Shown: positions 16,814 to 30,038 of the stretch, piece after piece
Position numbering within the stretch: the stretch's first letter is position 1
Layout: every line of letters starts with the position of its first letter
NCBI RefSeq assembly: GCF_036365525.1
Contig: NC_090411.1
Coordinates: 31,946,432-32,010,431, forward strand
Source of the DNA: Heterodontus francisci
Taxonomy: Eukaryota
DNA length: 64,000 bases
Reading direction: 5' to 3'
Notes under the pieces: generated by a model
Databases searched by the model: none
Told to the model about the DNA's origin: nothing
The model's input: the letters and a program-made list of their open reading frames with translations, nothing else
Made by a program: the position numbers and the translations under genes

Positions 16814-17984
16814 TTGGGGTTCTTGAAACATTCATTCTCCACATGGTGGAAATAAAATGTGATCCAATTCTGGTGAATGCTTTCTGGTTAATTCCAGTTT
16901 TCTCATCTCCTGCTGTATTTGGAAATAAAAGTCTTCATCGTGGAACTGGTCTTTGTATAATTCAGTAGCTGATTTTAATGTTCAGTATGATGCCTAGCTG
17001 TGTAATAATTCTATGAAAATGTTTCCTTCTCCCAGGCCAGCCTCCCAAACATCCTTCAATACCTGCTTCGGATGGTTTACTTACATCTCCTAATTTTTTT
17101 TATTGACCAGTTTGTAGGGGATATCTGAAATATGCAGCTTCTTCTGTAAAAGTGTCCTTACCTCTGCAAGTGAACTGTCAGGCAGTTGTGGGATATTAGA
17201 AATTGGGAAAGGGCATTGCATTAGTGCCTTCACTTTGCCTGTTTGGCCTACATCATAGCTAAAAATTGACCACCTTCATCTGCTATTTGTTCAACTGAAA
17301 CCTGCATTCCTATTCACCAAGGGGCCTATGTTCTCCAATGTCTGGGATGAGTACATGGAGATAGGGGGTCAGGTAGTGAAAGAGGCACCCAATAATTCAG
17401 CTTATCAATCTTCCCTTACAATGGACATTACCTTAATAGAAGGTGTACTATGCCTTTACAGGTCCTAAATTCCATGGGGATTGTTTGCCACATCACCTGA
17501 CAGCGATAGTGGAAACAGAGTTTATTTTCAAGTTTCCTCTCTTTCTATTTCCCCCAATTTGTTGGTTGGGTTGCAGATTCAGTGTGGATCTCTTTCCATC
17601 TATATTATGGTCAGGATTAGTATCCTGGACTTGTTCTCGACCCACATGGGGGTACATCAATTCTCCAAGTAATTATTTGGATCCAATTGCACTCGATGCA
17701 AAATGGAATTTCCATTAGCAAACTCATACAATTATGTTTTGAATTGCTGACTCTGACTCTGAACAGATTCAGTTTGAGGATAGCCAACATCAAATCCATC
17801 ATGGACAAGGTTCAATACTGGATGAAAAATGGAAGCCTGTAGAATTGGAGGAAACGTTTAAACATATTTAGAGATTTGGTTTTGAGGTAGGAGACAGAGT
17901 CGGGATAATAGGTTATGCACTCCAAGCTATGGCTTGTCAAACCTTCCAGGAATCTATGCTTGGGGCCTCAGCTTTTCATTATAT

Positions 17985-19676
17985 TTAGATAAGGGAACGA
18001 GTAGAGCCCATATGGGACCAAAGTGGCAATCTGTGTGCTGCCAGAGGATATCAGTGAGGACTTAAATGATTATTTTTCATCTGTGTTCACTATGGAGAAG
18101 GACAATGTAGGTGCAGTGAGGGGATCGGGATATACTCGAACAAACTAGCATTGAAAGGGAGGAGGTATGCACAGTTTTAGCAGGCTTAAAAGTACAGAGG
18201 GACCTTGGTATATTTGTCCATAGATCACTGAAGGTAGCAGCCCAGGCCCAGATGAAATGTATCCCAAACTGTTATGTGAGGTAAAGGAGGAGATAGCAGG
18301 AACTCTGGCCACAGGACAGGTGCCAGAGGACTGGAGGACAGTGAATGTGGTTCCATTGTTCAAGAAGGGAAGCAGGGATAAACCAGGTAATTACAGGCCA
18401 GTGAGTCGAACATCAGTGGTTGGGAAACTATTGGAAACAGTTCTGAGGGACAGGATTAATCTCCACTTGGAGAGCAAGGGATTAATCAAGGATAATCAGC
18501 ATAGCTTTGTCAGGGGGAGATCATGTCTAACAAACTTGATAGAACTTTTTGAGGGGTGACTAGATGCGTAGATGAGGGTAAAGCAGTGGATGTAGTCTAC
18601 ATGGGCTTCAGTAAGGCTTTTGATAAGGTCCCGGAAGGGAGATTGGTTAAGAAGGGAAGAGCCCATGGGATCCAGGACAAATTGGATCTAAAATTGGCTT
18701 AGTGGCAGGAGGCAGAGGGTGATGGTCGACGGTTGCTTTTGCGATTCGAAACCTGTGACCAGTGGTGTACCACAGGGATCGGTGCTGGGACCCTTGCTGT
18801 TTGTAGTGTACATTAATGATTTAGATGCAAATATAGGGGTTATGATCAGTAAGTTCGCAGATAACACGAAAATTGGTGCTGTCGTAAATAGTGAAGAGGA
18901 ACGTCTTAGATTACAGGACGATATGGATGGGCTGGTAAGATGGGCAAACCAGTGGCAAATGGAATTTAATACTGAGAAGTGTGAGGTGATGCATTTTGGG
19001 AGGACTAACAAGGCAAGGGAATATACAATCGGTGGTAGGACCCTATGAAGTACAGAGGGTCAGAGGGACCTTGGTGTACTTGTCCATAGATCACTGAAGG
19101 CAGCAGCACAGGTAGATAAGGTGGTTAGGAAGGCATATGGGATACTTGGCTTTATTAGCCGAGGCATAGAATATAAGAGTAGGGAGGTTATGATGGAGCT
19201 GTATAAAACGCTAGTTAGGCCACAGCTGGAGTACTGTCTACAGTTCTGGTCGCCACACTATAGGAAGGATGAGATTGCACTGGGGAGGGTGCAGAGGAGA
19301 TTCACCAGGATGTTGCCTGGGCTGGAGCATTTTAGCTATGAAGAGAGACTGGATAGGCTAGGGTTGTTTTCCTTGGAGCAGAGAAGGCTGAGGGGGGACC
19401 TGATTGAGGTATACAAAATTATGAGGGGCATAAATAGGGCAGATAGGAAGAAACCTTTTCCCTTAGCGGAGGTGTCAATAACCAGGAGGCACAGATTTAA
19501 GGGAAGGGGAAGGAGGTTTACAGAGGATTTGAGGAAACATTTTTTTAACCAAGAGGGTGGTTGGAATCTGGAACACACTGCCAGAAGGGGTGGTAGAGGC
19601 AGGAACCCTCACAACATTTAAGAAGTATTTAGATGAGCACTTGAAATGTCATAGCATATTAGGCTACGGGCCAAGT
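17985..19676 (+). mobile_element. Younger CR1 LINE ORF2 (RT and C-terminal part) between G3 and G4
   Basis: VPEDWRTVNVVPLFKKGSRDKPGNYRPVS, SGVPQGSVLGPLLF, SKFADNTK, LVRPQLEYC. Confidence 0.92.
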
Positions 19677-21647
19677 TTGGGTATGAAGCAATATGGAACC
19701 AATGCAGGTAAATGGCCTTAAAACACAAACCATGATCTAATTGAATGGTGGAACAGGCTTGAGGGGCTGATTGGCCTCCTCCTGTTCCTATGTTCCAATC
19801 ACAGTATCATCATCCAAACCTGCCTGTATTCCACTGCTCTCATTGTCTCTGGGTCCAACCCCTCAGCCCGTCTACATTGTCAATTGGTGCCTGGATTCAT
19901 GAACGATTCCTGACTGGCTACCTGGAATTGTCAATCATCATTAATGATGTCATTCCCTGTTTGAATGCAGGCTGTTCCAGCAGTATAAATACAAGAGCTT
20001 GTGTAGGAAGTAGTTGGATTGTTGTTATTGGAACTGGGCTTTTGTTAGTAGTAAAGATTATGATGGCCTCTCGTATGTCAGAATTACCACAAGGACTGTG
20101 AAGATGCTGTTAACAAGCAAATCAACCTGGAGCTCTATTCCTCCTATGTTTATCTTTCCATGGTGTGTATTGTTTTCTTGGGGTTCTGTTTCAAAGTTAA
20201 GATTGGAATTTCAATGCATTGAGAATCTAGAATTTCTCTAGGCTAATCAGTTGGGTTCATAATCTTTTTCTCTAGTCCTCCCTTGACTTAAATCTGTGAA
20301 CACCCTTGAAGCAGAGACCCTGTTCCTTGCTCTGTAATATTTGTGTTCAATTTTTGAAAGTTATTCCAAGGTTCTGTTTGGTTTCCAATAGAGGATTCAT
20401 TTTGAAGATGTATAAACCTAGTTATCTTTTCCAACTTGGATGGCAACTATTAAGTTTAGTGAAACTTTGTCTGATTAGTTCTGGTCTGTCTTTACTTTTC
20501 CCCCTTTGTAAATGAGTAAATCTTGTGATGCTGAACTCTTTTTTTTTTTTTTTTGTATGAGGGATAATCTTGCATGAAGCAGTCATCTACTGATTTGTTT
20601 TTTTTTCTTCAATCATTTAAATATTCATTGGGGGACAAAGGATGGCCTGCTGAACAATAGTTTGAATGCTGAAATGGAATTTGGATCCAAATAGTATTAT
20701 TGCTTTTTGTAATGTCACAGGGAGGGGCCTTTCAACATACTTGGTGTTTTACAGCATAAACTTGAAAAACCAAGCCCCTTTAATTGAAAGCAAACTCTTT
20801 TGATGTAAAGAATGAGTGATTTATCTACCATGATATTACTACCATTTTTGACATGGCTGCCAATGAGTTTTGGGTCTGGCTTCTCTCTCTTTCCATTTTG
20901 CCTCTACCTGCAGTCCTATTACTTTGACCGGGATGATGTTGCCCTGCGTCACTTTGCTGAGTTCTTCAAGGAGCAGTCACATGAGGAACGGGAGCACGCT
21001 GAGAAACTGATGAAATTCCAGAATAAACGTGGAGGCTGAATCATCTTGGAGAACATCAAGGTTGGGTTTTTAACATGAAGGAGTCTATGATCTAACTTGG
21101 ATACTTTCAGAGAATGTTCCTTGTTCTAATAACTTCAGTTCTCCATATGGTGAGATTAAGGAGTAAAATTTCTAGTGTTGGTGAGTGGCTATAGAATGAG
21201 TTGGTATGGCTGATCTTTGCCTCTTCTATAGATATAAGGTCAATAAATGGATATTCAGAAGGAACAACTTCTGCATTGTGAAGTATTGGCTCAAACATAA
21301 ATGTCAGTTATACAGGCCCTTTGCCCATCATTTCTGAGACAACCATCAAGCATTGATCTATTCTAATCCTATTTTCCAACACTTGGCCCCTTGCCTTGCA
21401 TGTTATGGCATTTCAAGTACACAACGAAACACTAAAATGATGAGGGTTCCTGCCTCTACCACCCGTTCAGTGTTCTAGATTCTAACAGCCCTTTGGGTGA
21501 AAACATCTTTCTTCAAATCCCCACTAACCCTCTTGCCCCCTTCCATTAAGTCTATGCCTCCTGGTTATTGATCCCTCTGCTAAAGGAAAAAGTTTCTTCC
21601 TATCTTTTGTATTAATGCCCCTCATAATTTTGTATACCAGTCAGCTT

Positions 21648-21652
21648 CCCCC

Positions 21653-21683
<31 letters not shown>
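21648..21683. repeat. Poly-C tract
   Basis: About 30 consecutive C, at the position of a short G-run of the CR1 consensus-like sequence. Confidence 0.9.
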
Positions 21684-24084
21684 ACCCTTCGCTCTGAGAA
21701 AAACAACCCTAGCCTATCCAGTCTCCCTTCATAGCTGCAATTCTCCAGCCCAGGCAGCATCCTGATGAATCTCCTCTGCACCCTCTTGTGCAATCTCATC
21801 CTTCCTATAGGGTGGTGACTGGAACTGTACACTACTCCAGCTGTGGCCTAACTAGCATTTTATACAGCTCCATCACAATCTCCCTGCTCTTTTATTCTAT
21901 GCCTCGGCTAATAAAGGCAAGTATCCCATATGCCTTCCTAACCACCTTATCTACCTGTGCTGCTACCTTCAGTGATCTATGGACAAATATACCAAGGTCC
22001 CTCTCACCCTCTGTACTTCCTAGGGTCCTGTCTCCCATTGTATATTCCCTTGCCTTGTTAGTCCTCCCAAATACATCACCTCGCACGTCTCAGGATTAAA
22101 TTCCATTTGCCACTGCTCCACCCATCTTACCAGCCCATTATATCATCCTGCAATCTAATACTTTCCTTCTCACTATTTACAACACCACCAATTTTCATGT
22201 CATCTGCAAACTTACTGATTGTACCTCCTATATTTGTGTGAAAATCATCAACGTATGTTACGAACAGTCCCAACACTGATCCCTGCAGTGCACCACCAGT
22301 CACAGGTTTCCACTCGCAAAAACAACCCTTGACCATCACCCTCAACCTCCTGCCACTAAGCTGATTTTTGGATCCAAATTGCCCTGGATCCCATGGGCTC
22401 TTACCACCTTAACCAATCTCCCTTCTGGGACCTTTATCAAAAGCCTTACTGAAGTCCATGTAGACTACATCAACTGCTTTACCCTCATCTACACATCTAG
22501 TCACCACCTCAAAATTCAATCTAGTTTTAGACTCTATCTCTCCCTAGCAAGGCCATGCTGACTATCTGATTAATCTGTGCCTCTCCAAGTGGAGATTAAT
22601 CCTGTCCCTCAGAATATTTTCCAATAGTTAACCTAGCACTGATAAACTCACTGGTGTGTAATTACCTGGTTTATCCCTGCTACCCTTCTTGAATAATGGT
22701 ACCAGATTTACTGTCCTCCAGTCCTCTGGTACTTCTCCTGTGGCCAAAGATGTTTTGAAAACTTCAGAGCCCCTGCTATCTCCCCTCTTGCCTCACATAA
22801 CAGCCTGGGGTACATCTCATCTGGGCCTGTGGATTTATCCACTTTTAAGCTCGCTAATACTTCCTCCCTTTCAATGCTAATTTGTTCAAGTATATCACAA
22901 ACCCCCTCCCTGATCTCTACACCTACGTCGTCCTTCTCCCAGAGTGAACACAGATGAAAAGTAATCATTTAAAAGCTCACTATGTCCTCTGGCTCCACAC
23001 AGATTGTTACTCTGGACCCTAATGGGCCCTACTCTTGCCCTGGTTATCCTCTTGCCCTTAAATTCCAAGGTGTTTTAAAAGTATTTTTTCTCTATCTTGC
23101 TGGCCAGTGTTTTTTCATGTCCCTTTGCTCTTATTACATTAAGTACTTCTAGACTCTGTTTACTCCGCTAAGGCCTCCACTGTTTTCAGCACTTTGAATC
23201 TGCCGTAAGCTTATTTTTTTTCCTTACCCAATCCTCTAAATCCCTTGAGATCCAGGGTTCCCTGGACTTGTTGGTCCTACCTGCCACCTTTTATGGGAAC
23301 ATGTTGGCCCGAACTCACTATTTGCTTTTTTTAATGACTCCCACTGCTTTGTTGAAGTCTTTCCTACAAGTAGCTGCTCCCAGTCCACTTTGGCCAGATC
23401 CTGTTTCATTGTAATTGGCCTCTCCCCACTTTTTTTATTTCCCCCCCCCAACCCCCATTAGTACTTTTATTTGCAGTCCCTCATTGTCCTTTTCCATAAC
23501 TACCTTAAATCTTCAAGTTATGGCCACTATCTCCAAAATGCTCCCCCACTGACACTTCTACCACCTGTCTGGTTTCATTCTCCAGGATTAGGTCCCATAC
23601 CGTTCTCTTGTGGGACTTCCCATGTGCTGGCTCAAAAAGCTCTCCTGCATGCACTAAGAATTCTGCCCCTTTAAGCCTTTTGCATTAAGACTATCCAAGT
23701 TGATATTGGGGAAGTTGAAATCCCCTACTATTACCCTATTTTTACACCTGAGATTTGCCTACATATCTGTTCCTCTATCTCCCTGACTGTTTAGAGGCCT
23801 GTAGTACACTCCAAGTGATTGCCCCTTTTGTTTTTAAATTCTACCCATATGGCCTCATTTGAGGAACCTAAGATATCATCCCTCTTTACTGCAATAATTG
23901 ACTCCTTGATCAACAGGACAATGCCACCTCTTTTACACCTGCCCCTGTCATGCCTGAAGATTCTGTACCCTAGAATATTGAGCTGTCAGTCATTCCCTTC
24001 CCTCAACCATGTTTGTGATTGCAACAATATCACTCATGTGTTAATCAATGCCCTCAATTCATCTGCCTTAGTAGGAAGAACCCT

Positions 24085-24428
24085 GGGCAGTGCAGTGGTT
24101 AGCACCACAGCCTCAGCTCCAGCAACCTGGGTTCAATTCTGGGTACTGCCTGTGTGGAGTTTGCAAGTTCTCCCCGTGTCTGTGTGGGTTTACTCCGGGT
24201 GTTCTGGTTTCCTCCCACATGCCAAAGACTTGCAGGTTGATGGGTAAATTGGCCATTATAAATTGCCCCTAGTATAGGTAGGTGGTAGGGAAATATAGGG
24301 ACAGGTGGGGGATGTGGTAGGAATATGGGATTAGTGTAGGATTAGTATAAATGGGTGGTTGATGGTCAGCACAGACTCGGTGAGCCAAAGGGCCTGTTTC
24401 AGTGCTGTATCTCTAAACTAAACTAAAA
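24085..24428 (+). mobile_element. Full-length HE1/V-SINE nested in the antisense CR1
   Basis: A-box cagtggttagca, B-box gggttcaattc, V-domain, (ctaaa)n tail. Confidence 0.88.
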
Positions 24429-25732
24429 CAGATGCAATCCAACATGCATTTTCCCCTTGTGCCTCAACAGATCTATATTTGCTCTGCCTTCCAGACTGAC
24501 TCAATTTCTTCTATATTTGACTATGCATCGCTCCCTACTGTAACTTCTCTATCCCATCCCCCTGCCAAATTAGTTTAAACTCCAGCGCCACCACCCCTTT
24601 TCCCCCACCCCACTCCCCAACAGCACCAGCAAACTTCCTAACAAGGATCTTGGTCCTGTTCAAGTTGGATGGATTGCATCTGAACAGGTCCCACCTTTGC
24701 TAGAAACTGACCCAGGAGTCTGGAGACTAAAGCTCTCCCTCTTGCACCACCTCAGCCATGCATTCCTGTGCTCTATCCTCTCATTCCTATACCCACAAGC
24801 ATGTGGCACCAGGAATAATCCAGAGATTAAACCTTTGAGGTACTGCTTTTAATCTGCTGCCTAGCTCCCTAAATTCTTGGTGTTTAATGAGGTAACAGTC
24901 TGGAGAATGTGGTCTACAGTTGTAGACTTCCCATGGACAAAGTTAAGGATTTGGAGAAAGAGAAAATGGAGCATATTTGGGTGAATTGGGGTTGGAGCTT
25001 TGGCCAAAAATGGCAAAGCACACTCAATGAACTGATCCAGTCTCCTCCAATGGTCCCTCATAGTATTGGGTTGTACAGATTATCTTTGCTGCTAACCCTG
25101 TTGACCTTGAGCATAACATCCCTTGGACTTTGCACTCCCACTAACAGGACCACTATTCTGTTCCAGAAGCCAGAGCAGGATGAGTGGAGCAATGGTCTGG
25201 AGGCAATGCAGAGAGCTCTGCAGATGGAGAAGGATGTGAACCAGAGTCTGCTGGATCTGCACAAACTCTCCAGTGGCAACACTGACCCTCATGTAAGTTA
25301 ATATTGGAATGAGTTTTCAGGTTTGAAGGTGATGATTAGAATCTACCCTTAACTCTGGTAGCATTCCATAAGTTTTTTTGTCTTATTTTTAAAAAAAAAC
25401 CAAAACATCCACACTAGATCTTGATCACTCAACAGTTTGCAAGGTACTTGGTTTCTCTGGCATCAATCTTGACTTGACTCCCAGTTTAATGGAATTGATT
25501 TGCCACATGTGGGTAAATTTAGGCTTTGTCTGGTTAAATATATCCACAGAATCTGAATGATTTCCTTCTGTGCTGACCACTTGGCCCACTGCTTGTGCTT
25601 CTTTCTCTCGAGAAAGTCTCGCTCCCATGTGCAGTACTTGTGCCATTATCCCAGTGCAAATAAAAATCTTATCCAATGAAGATTCTTGCTTTTTTTTAAG
25701 CTAACTATACTCACCTGTTTCTCATGTTCTAG

Positions 25733-25876
<144 letters not shown>

Positions 25877-28019
25877 TAATCAGCATTCTAGAATCATTAG
25901 TTCTATAATAATTGAAATAAAATGTGATACATTTCTGGTTAATATGCAATTTTCTCATTTCTTGCTGGATGTGGAAATAAAAGTATTTATCATGGAGTGA
26001 TTTTGTTTTTCTTTGTATAGATAAGTAACTCATTTCATTATTCAGATCACCAAGATACCTAGCTGTCTAATATCTAATTCCACTGAAACTCTACCATGCC
26101 TTTGAGTTTTGCTCTCCTACATCCATCTTCTGAAAATTGATGCAATGTCTGCTAGGCTAGTTTGCTCACATCTTCCAATTTTCATTGAGAAACTTGTAGG
26201 GAATATCTGAAATATGCAAGTTTCATTGCAAAGTTAGTTTCATGCATCTGCAATGAAATATCATGCAGTTGTGCGACATAAGGAAGGGATGCTGAATTTG
26301 GTTTTGACCCTGGTTCTCATTGGAGCAAAGTTGATAGAGATGGTAACATGTTGACCAAGGGAGATGAATTCCTGTTAGCTGATAACACAAGTACTCGCCA
26401 ACACAGCCTTGGGGGGTTTGGGCAAGAGATGTCGGAGTATCTGAGGACAATTTTTTTTTAATACAACCAGTGGCAATGACTTGGAACTTGCTGCTTATGA
26501 GGATGGTGGCAATGCAGTTAGAAAATAACTTCAAAAGGAAATTGGATGAGCATTTGGAGGAAAATACTTGTAGGTGCTAGAGTAGGGGAATGGTGCTGAA
26601 TGTATTGTACTCGACACGAGAGACTCCATGGACCGAATAGCCTCCTGTGTCATAAATGACTGACACTTCATTGTAAAACTTTCACCATTTTAATCTACCT
26701 TTGACCAGGTTGTCATTTGGCCAACTATTACTTGCACCCCTATTCACCCAGGAGCTATATTTCCGAAGGTCTGGGATGAGTGAATGCAGAAATACTAGGA
26801 ACAGGTAGTTATAACCCCCTCTATTTCAGGTTAAAATCATCGCTAGCAAACAAGTCTCAAGTTCAGCTTTGCAGAAGCAACAACACAGGAGTTCACAACT
26901 CTTAAATTCCATGGGACTAAACCTCCATTTTGCACTTAAACGGAGCAGCAGTGTTCTGTTCGAAGCTCTCCACTTTTCATTTCCCTAACATGTCAGTTGG
27001 TTTGCAAATTTGCTTTGGGCTGGCCAATATTTTTCAACATATTGTGGTTAGCACTGTGAGAATACATTCATTCTAGACCCATCAAGCGCAGTGTCAATTC
27101 TCCAAGAGATGGATCCAATTGTGCTCAACACAAAATGAAGTTCCATTTGCAGACTCCTGCGATTATGTTGACAAACTCTGAATCTGAGAACAGATTCAAT
27201 CGGATTCACTTTGAGAAAACTCAAAGTAGCCAACATCAAATACATCATTGACAGGATTCTACTGAAGAGATTAGGAAAAATGGAAGTACATGGAATTGCA
27301 GGAAACCTTTAGACATGGTCATGGAGTTGGTTGGGAGGTAGGAAACAGAGAATAGAGATAATGGGTATGTACTCCAATTGGCAGGATATGACTAGTCATC
27401 TCTCCCAGGGATCTGTACCTGGGCCTCAGTTTTTCATTACATTTATAAATGACATGAAGGAATCGAGAGCCATATATCCAAGTTTGCTAATGATGCTAAG
27501 TTACAGTAGGTGCAGTAAATTGGAGCAGAAAATTGAAAAGCGACATTGATAGATTGTAAGTAGCCAAAACTGTGATAGATAAATTTCAATGTGAGATAGA
27601 GCGAGAACAGAGAGAGATAAATCCGAATATTTTCTAAATGGTGAGAAGCTAGGAACTGTGGAGGAGCAGAGAGAGTTAGGGGTCCGTGTACAGAAATTAC
27701 TAAAAGCTAGTGGAGTGGTATTTAAATGAATTAAAAAGTCGAATAGACTTCATCTCAAGGGTCTGGAATACAAAGGGGTGGAGGTTATGCTTTATTTGTA
27801 TAAAGCTCTGGTTAGATCACATCTGGAGTACTGTGTTCAGCTTTGATATATTGACCTTGGTGGGAGTGCAGCACAGATTCACCAGAATGATACCAGGGAT
27901 AAAAGGGTTAAATTACGAGGACAGTTTGCATTAACGACTCTTGTATTCTTCAAATATAGAAGAGTAAAGAATTATTATAATTGATGTGTTTAACATGAGT
28001 ACTAGATTTGATCAGGTGT

Positions 28020-29456
28020 TGTTATAACGGTGCTGCTACATTTCTTGTTGGTTTTGTTTGGTAGACTCATATTTTAGATTTATGGACATTGTTTTATTTT
28101 GGGAAAACTGAAAAGGATTCTATGGATTTTCTTGTCATTGTGGTCATTGAAAGGGCACTGAGAGGATTTGTGGTGAACAACCCTCACTGGCAGTCTCCAG
28201 TCTTCAGATAAATATCCCAGCAGGGGCTTTTTGACTTGGAGAAGATGTTTACAGAGAAGTGACAGGTCAAGATTTATAGGGGTCAGGAGGCTTGACTCTT
28301 GAGATATTGTTTTTGATTTTGCTTTGAACAGTGTGTTGGAGTGTGAACTGTTTTGAAGACAATTGGAGAAAACCAGCCAAGAGAGCAGTCACCATCAGCA
28401 TCCTCTTCTATCTTTTTGAGAACTTCCTGTGAATTAAGTGTAAGAAATAGGGAAACTAATATTGCATGTCTCCTGAAAAGACTGCCAGAAACCCTGATGG
28501 CGCATTTCACGTGGAAAACATACCAAACCGATCTTCAATGTCGCCTGAAAAGAACTGTTCTGGAAAGATCCCAGTGGCAGCAGTCTACATGTATTTGGGA
28601 CACCAAACCAAAAAAGGGACAACAGACATTTTTCTGTATCTTCTCTTTTTTCTTCAAGAATTAACAATATTTGGGCAAAGTATTCTTTTTTGCCTTTTTT
28701 GTAACAGAGCTCTAAAAAGAAAATCTCTCTTTCTGGTTATCCAGTGTGTGTGTGTATGTGTCTGTGTGAGGTAAAGACCTGCTACCCGACCCTAACACGA
28801 CGGGACCTGACGACATGTGTCGGGTACAGGTCGGGTCGGGTCGCTCATTTGGGTGCGGCTTTCAGGCACTTCAGGTAAGAAGTGTTAAAAGTAAAAAACC
28901 CAGCTGAGGTGGGAGTCCGGGACGTCAAAGAGGGAAACTCTAAGTCTGCGCAGTGAGCGAGTGAACGTCCCTTTGACGTCATCACGCTCATACTGCAGCT
29001 TCCTGCAGATTGGGAGTCGCAAGGTAGGTAAAAGGAACATTCCGGTAGTTGGGTTGGGCTCAGGTCGGTTTGGGCTGGGTCGGGGTCGGGCTCGGGTCAG
29101 GGCATGGGAAGAAAATGGAGGGACTCGGGCCGGATGGGGCTCGGGTCAGATGTGGTTCTGTTGGGTTTGCATCGGGTTTTTTTTCGTGACCTGAGCAGGC
29201 CTTTAGTGTGAGGGGCTAAGATAAAAGGGAACTTCCATATTTCAATCTGTGTGTTACTGGTTAAGTCTTGTTTTATAATTAACTGATAATTTTGTTGTTT
29301 ATTAAAGAAACCTGGTTGGTGTATTTTATTTTGGGGTAAAAATAGAGTCTATGATTGACCATATTGGTAACTGGGTAAACATTTAAATATATGTTGTGAC
29401 CTGTGGAGAAGTGGAACTAGAAAAAACAATGCCCTCCTCCCACCTCAGTCAGAACA
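28020..29456. mobile_element. Solo-LTR-like element with hAT MITE (28772-29205) inside old CR1
   Basis: Paralogous to 5023-7906; same TIR and TSD, no nested LINE. Confidence 0.75.
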
Positions 29457-30038
29457 GTATATAGAGAGAAACTATCTTCTCTGGTGGAGCAGTCCAGGAC
29501 AGGGGCTATAATCTGAATATTAGAACTAGACCATTCAGGGGTGATGTTAGGAAACATTTCTTCACAAAAGGGGATATGGAAATCTGGAATTCTCTCCCCC
29601 AAAATGTTGACATCAATTAAACATTTCAAAACTAAAACTGTTAGATTTTTGTTCGGTACAGGTATGATGCAATATGGATCCAATGCAGGCAAATGTCCTT
29701 AAGTGACAAACCATCATCTAATTGAATGATGGAGCAGGCTTGAGGGGCTGATTGGCTTCCTCCTGTTCCTATGTTCCAATCACAGTATCATCATCCAAAC
29801 CTGCCTGAATTCCACAGCTCTCATTGTCGCTGGGTCCAACCCCCACAGCCTAACTCCATTGTTAACAGGTGCCTGGACTCAATAGCTATTCCTGACTGGC
29901 GACCTGGAATTGTCAATCATCATTAATGATGTCATTCCCTGTTTGAATGCAGGCTGTCCCAACAGTACAAATACAAGAGCTTGTGCAGGAAGCAGTTACA
30001 TTGTTGTTTGAACTTAGCTTCTGTTAGTAGGAAAGATT

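Larger units (their letters stand above)
21300..24878 (-). mobile_element. Antisense CR1 LINE in G4 intron 2 (ORF1 esterase end, endonuclease, RT, 3' end)
   Basis: Minus-strand fragments KVDKSTGPDEMYPRLL, QGSVLG, SKFADDMKIG, VDKVVRKAYGILAFISRGIE; host intron resumes at tggtgtttaatgaggtaacagtc. Confidence 0.9.

Noticed and set aside
21648-21683. Poly-C/poly-G tracts (also approx. 14879-14900) as functional G-quadruplexes
   Set aside because: Not conserved in length among paralogues, located in a TE or intron, and homopolymer length may be a sequencing artefact.
24085-24145. tRNA gene
   Set aside because: It is the tRNA-derived head of a V-SINE, continuous with the V-domain and LINE tail.
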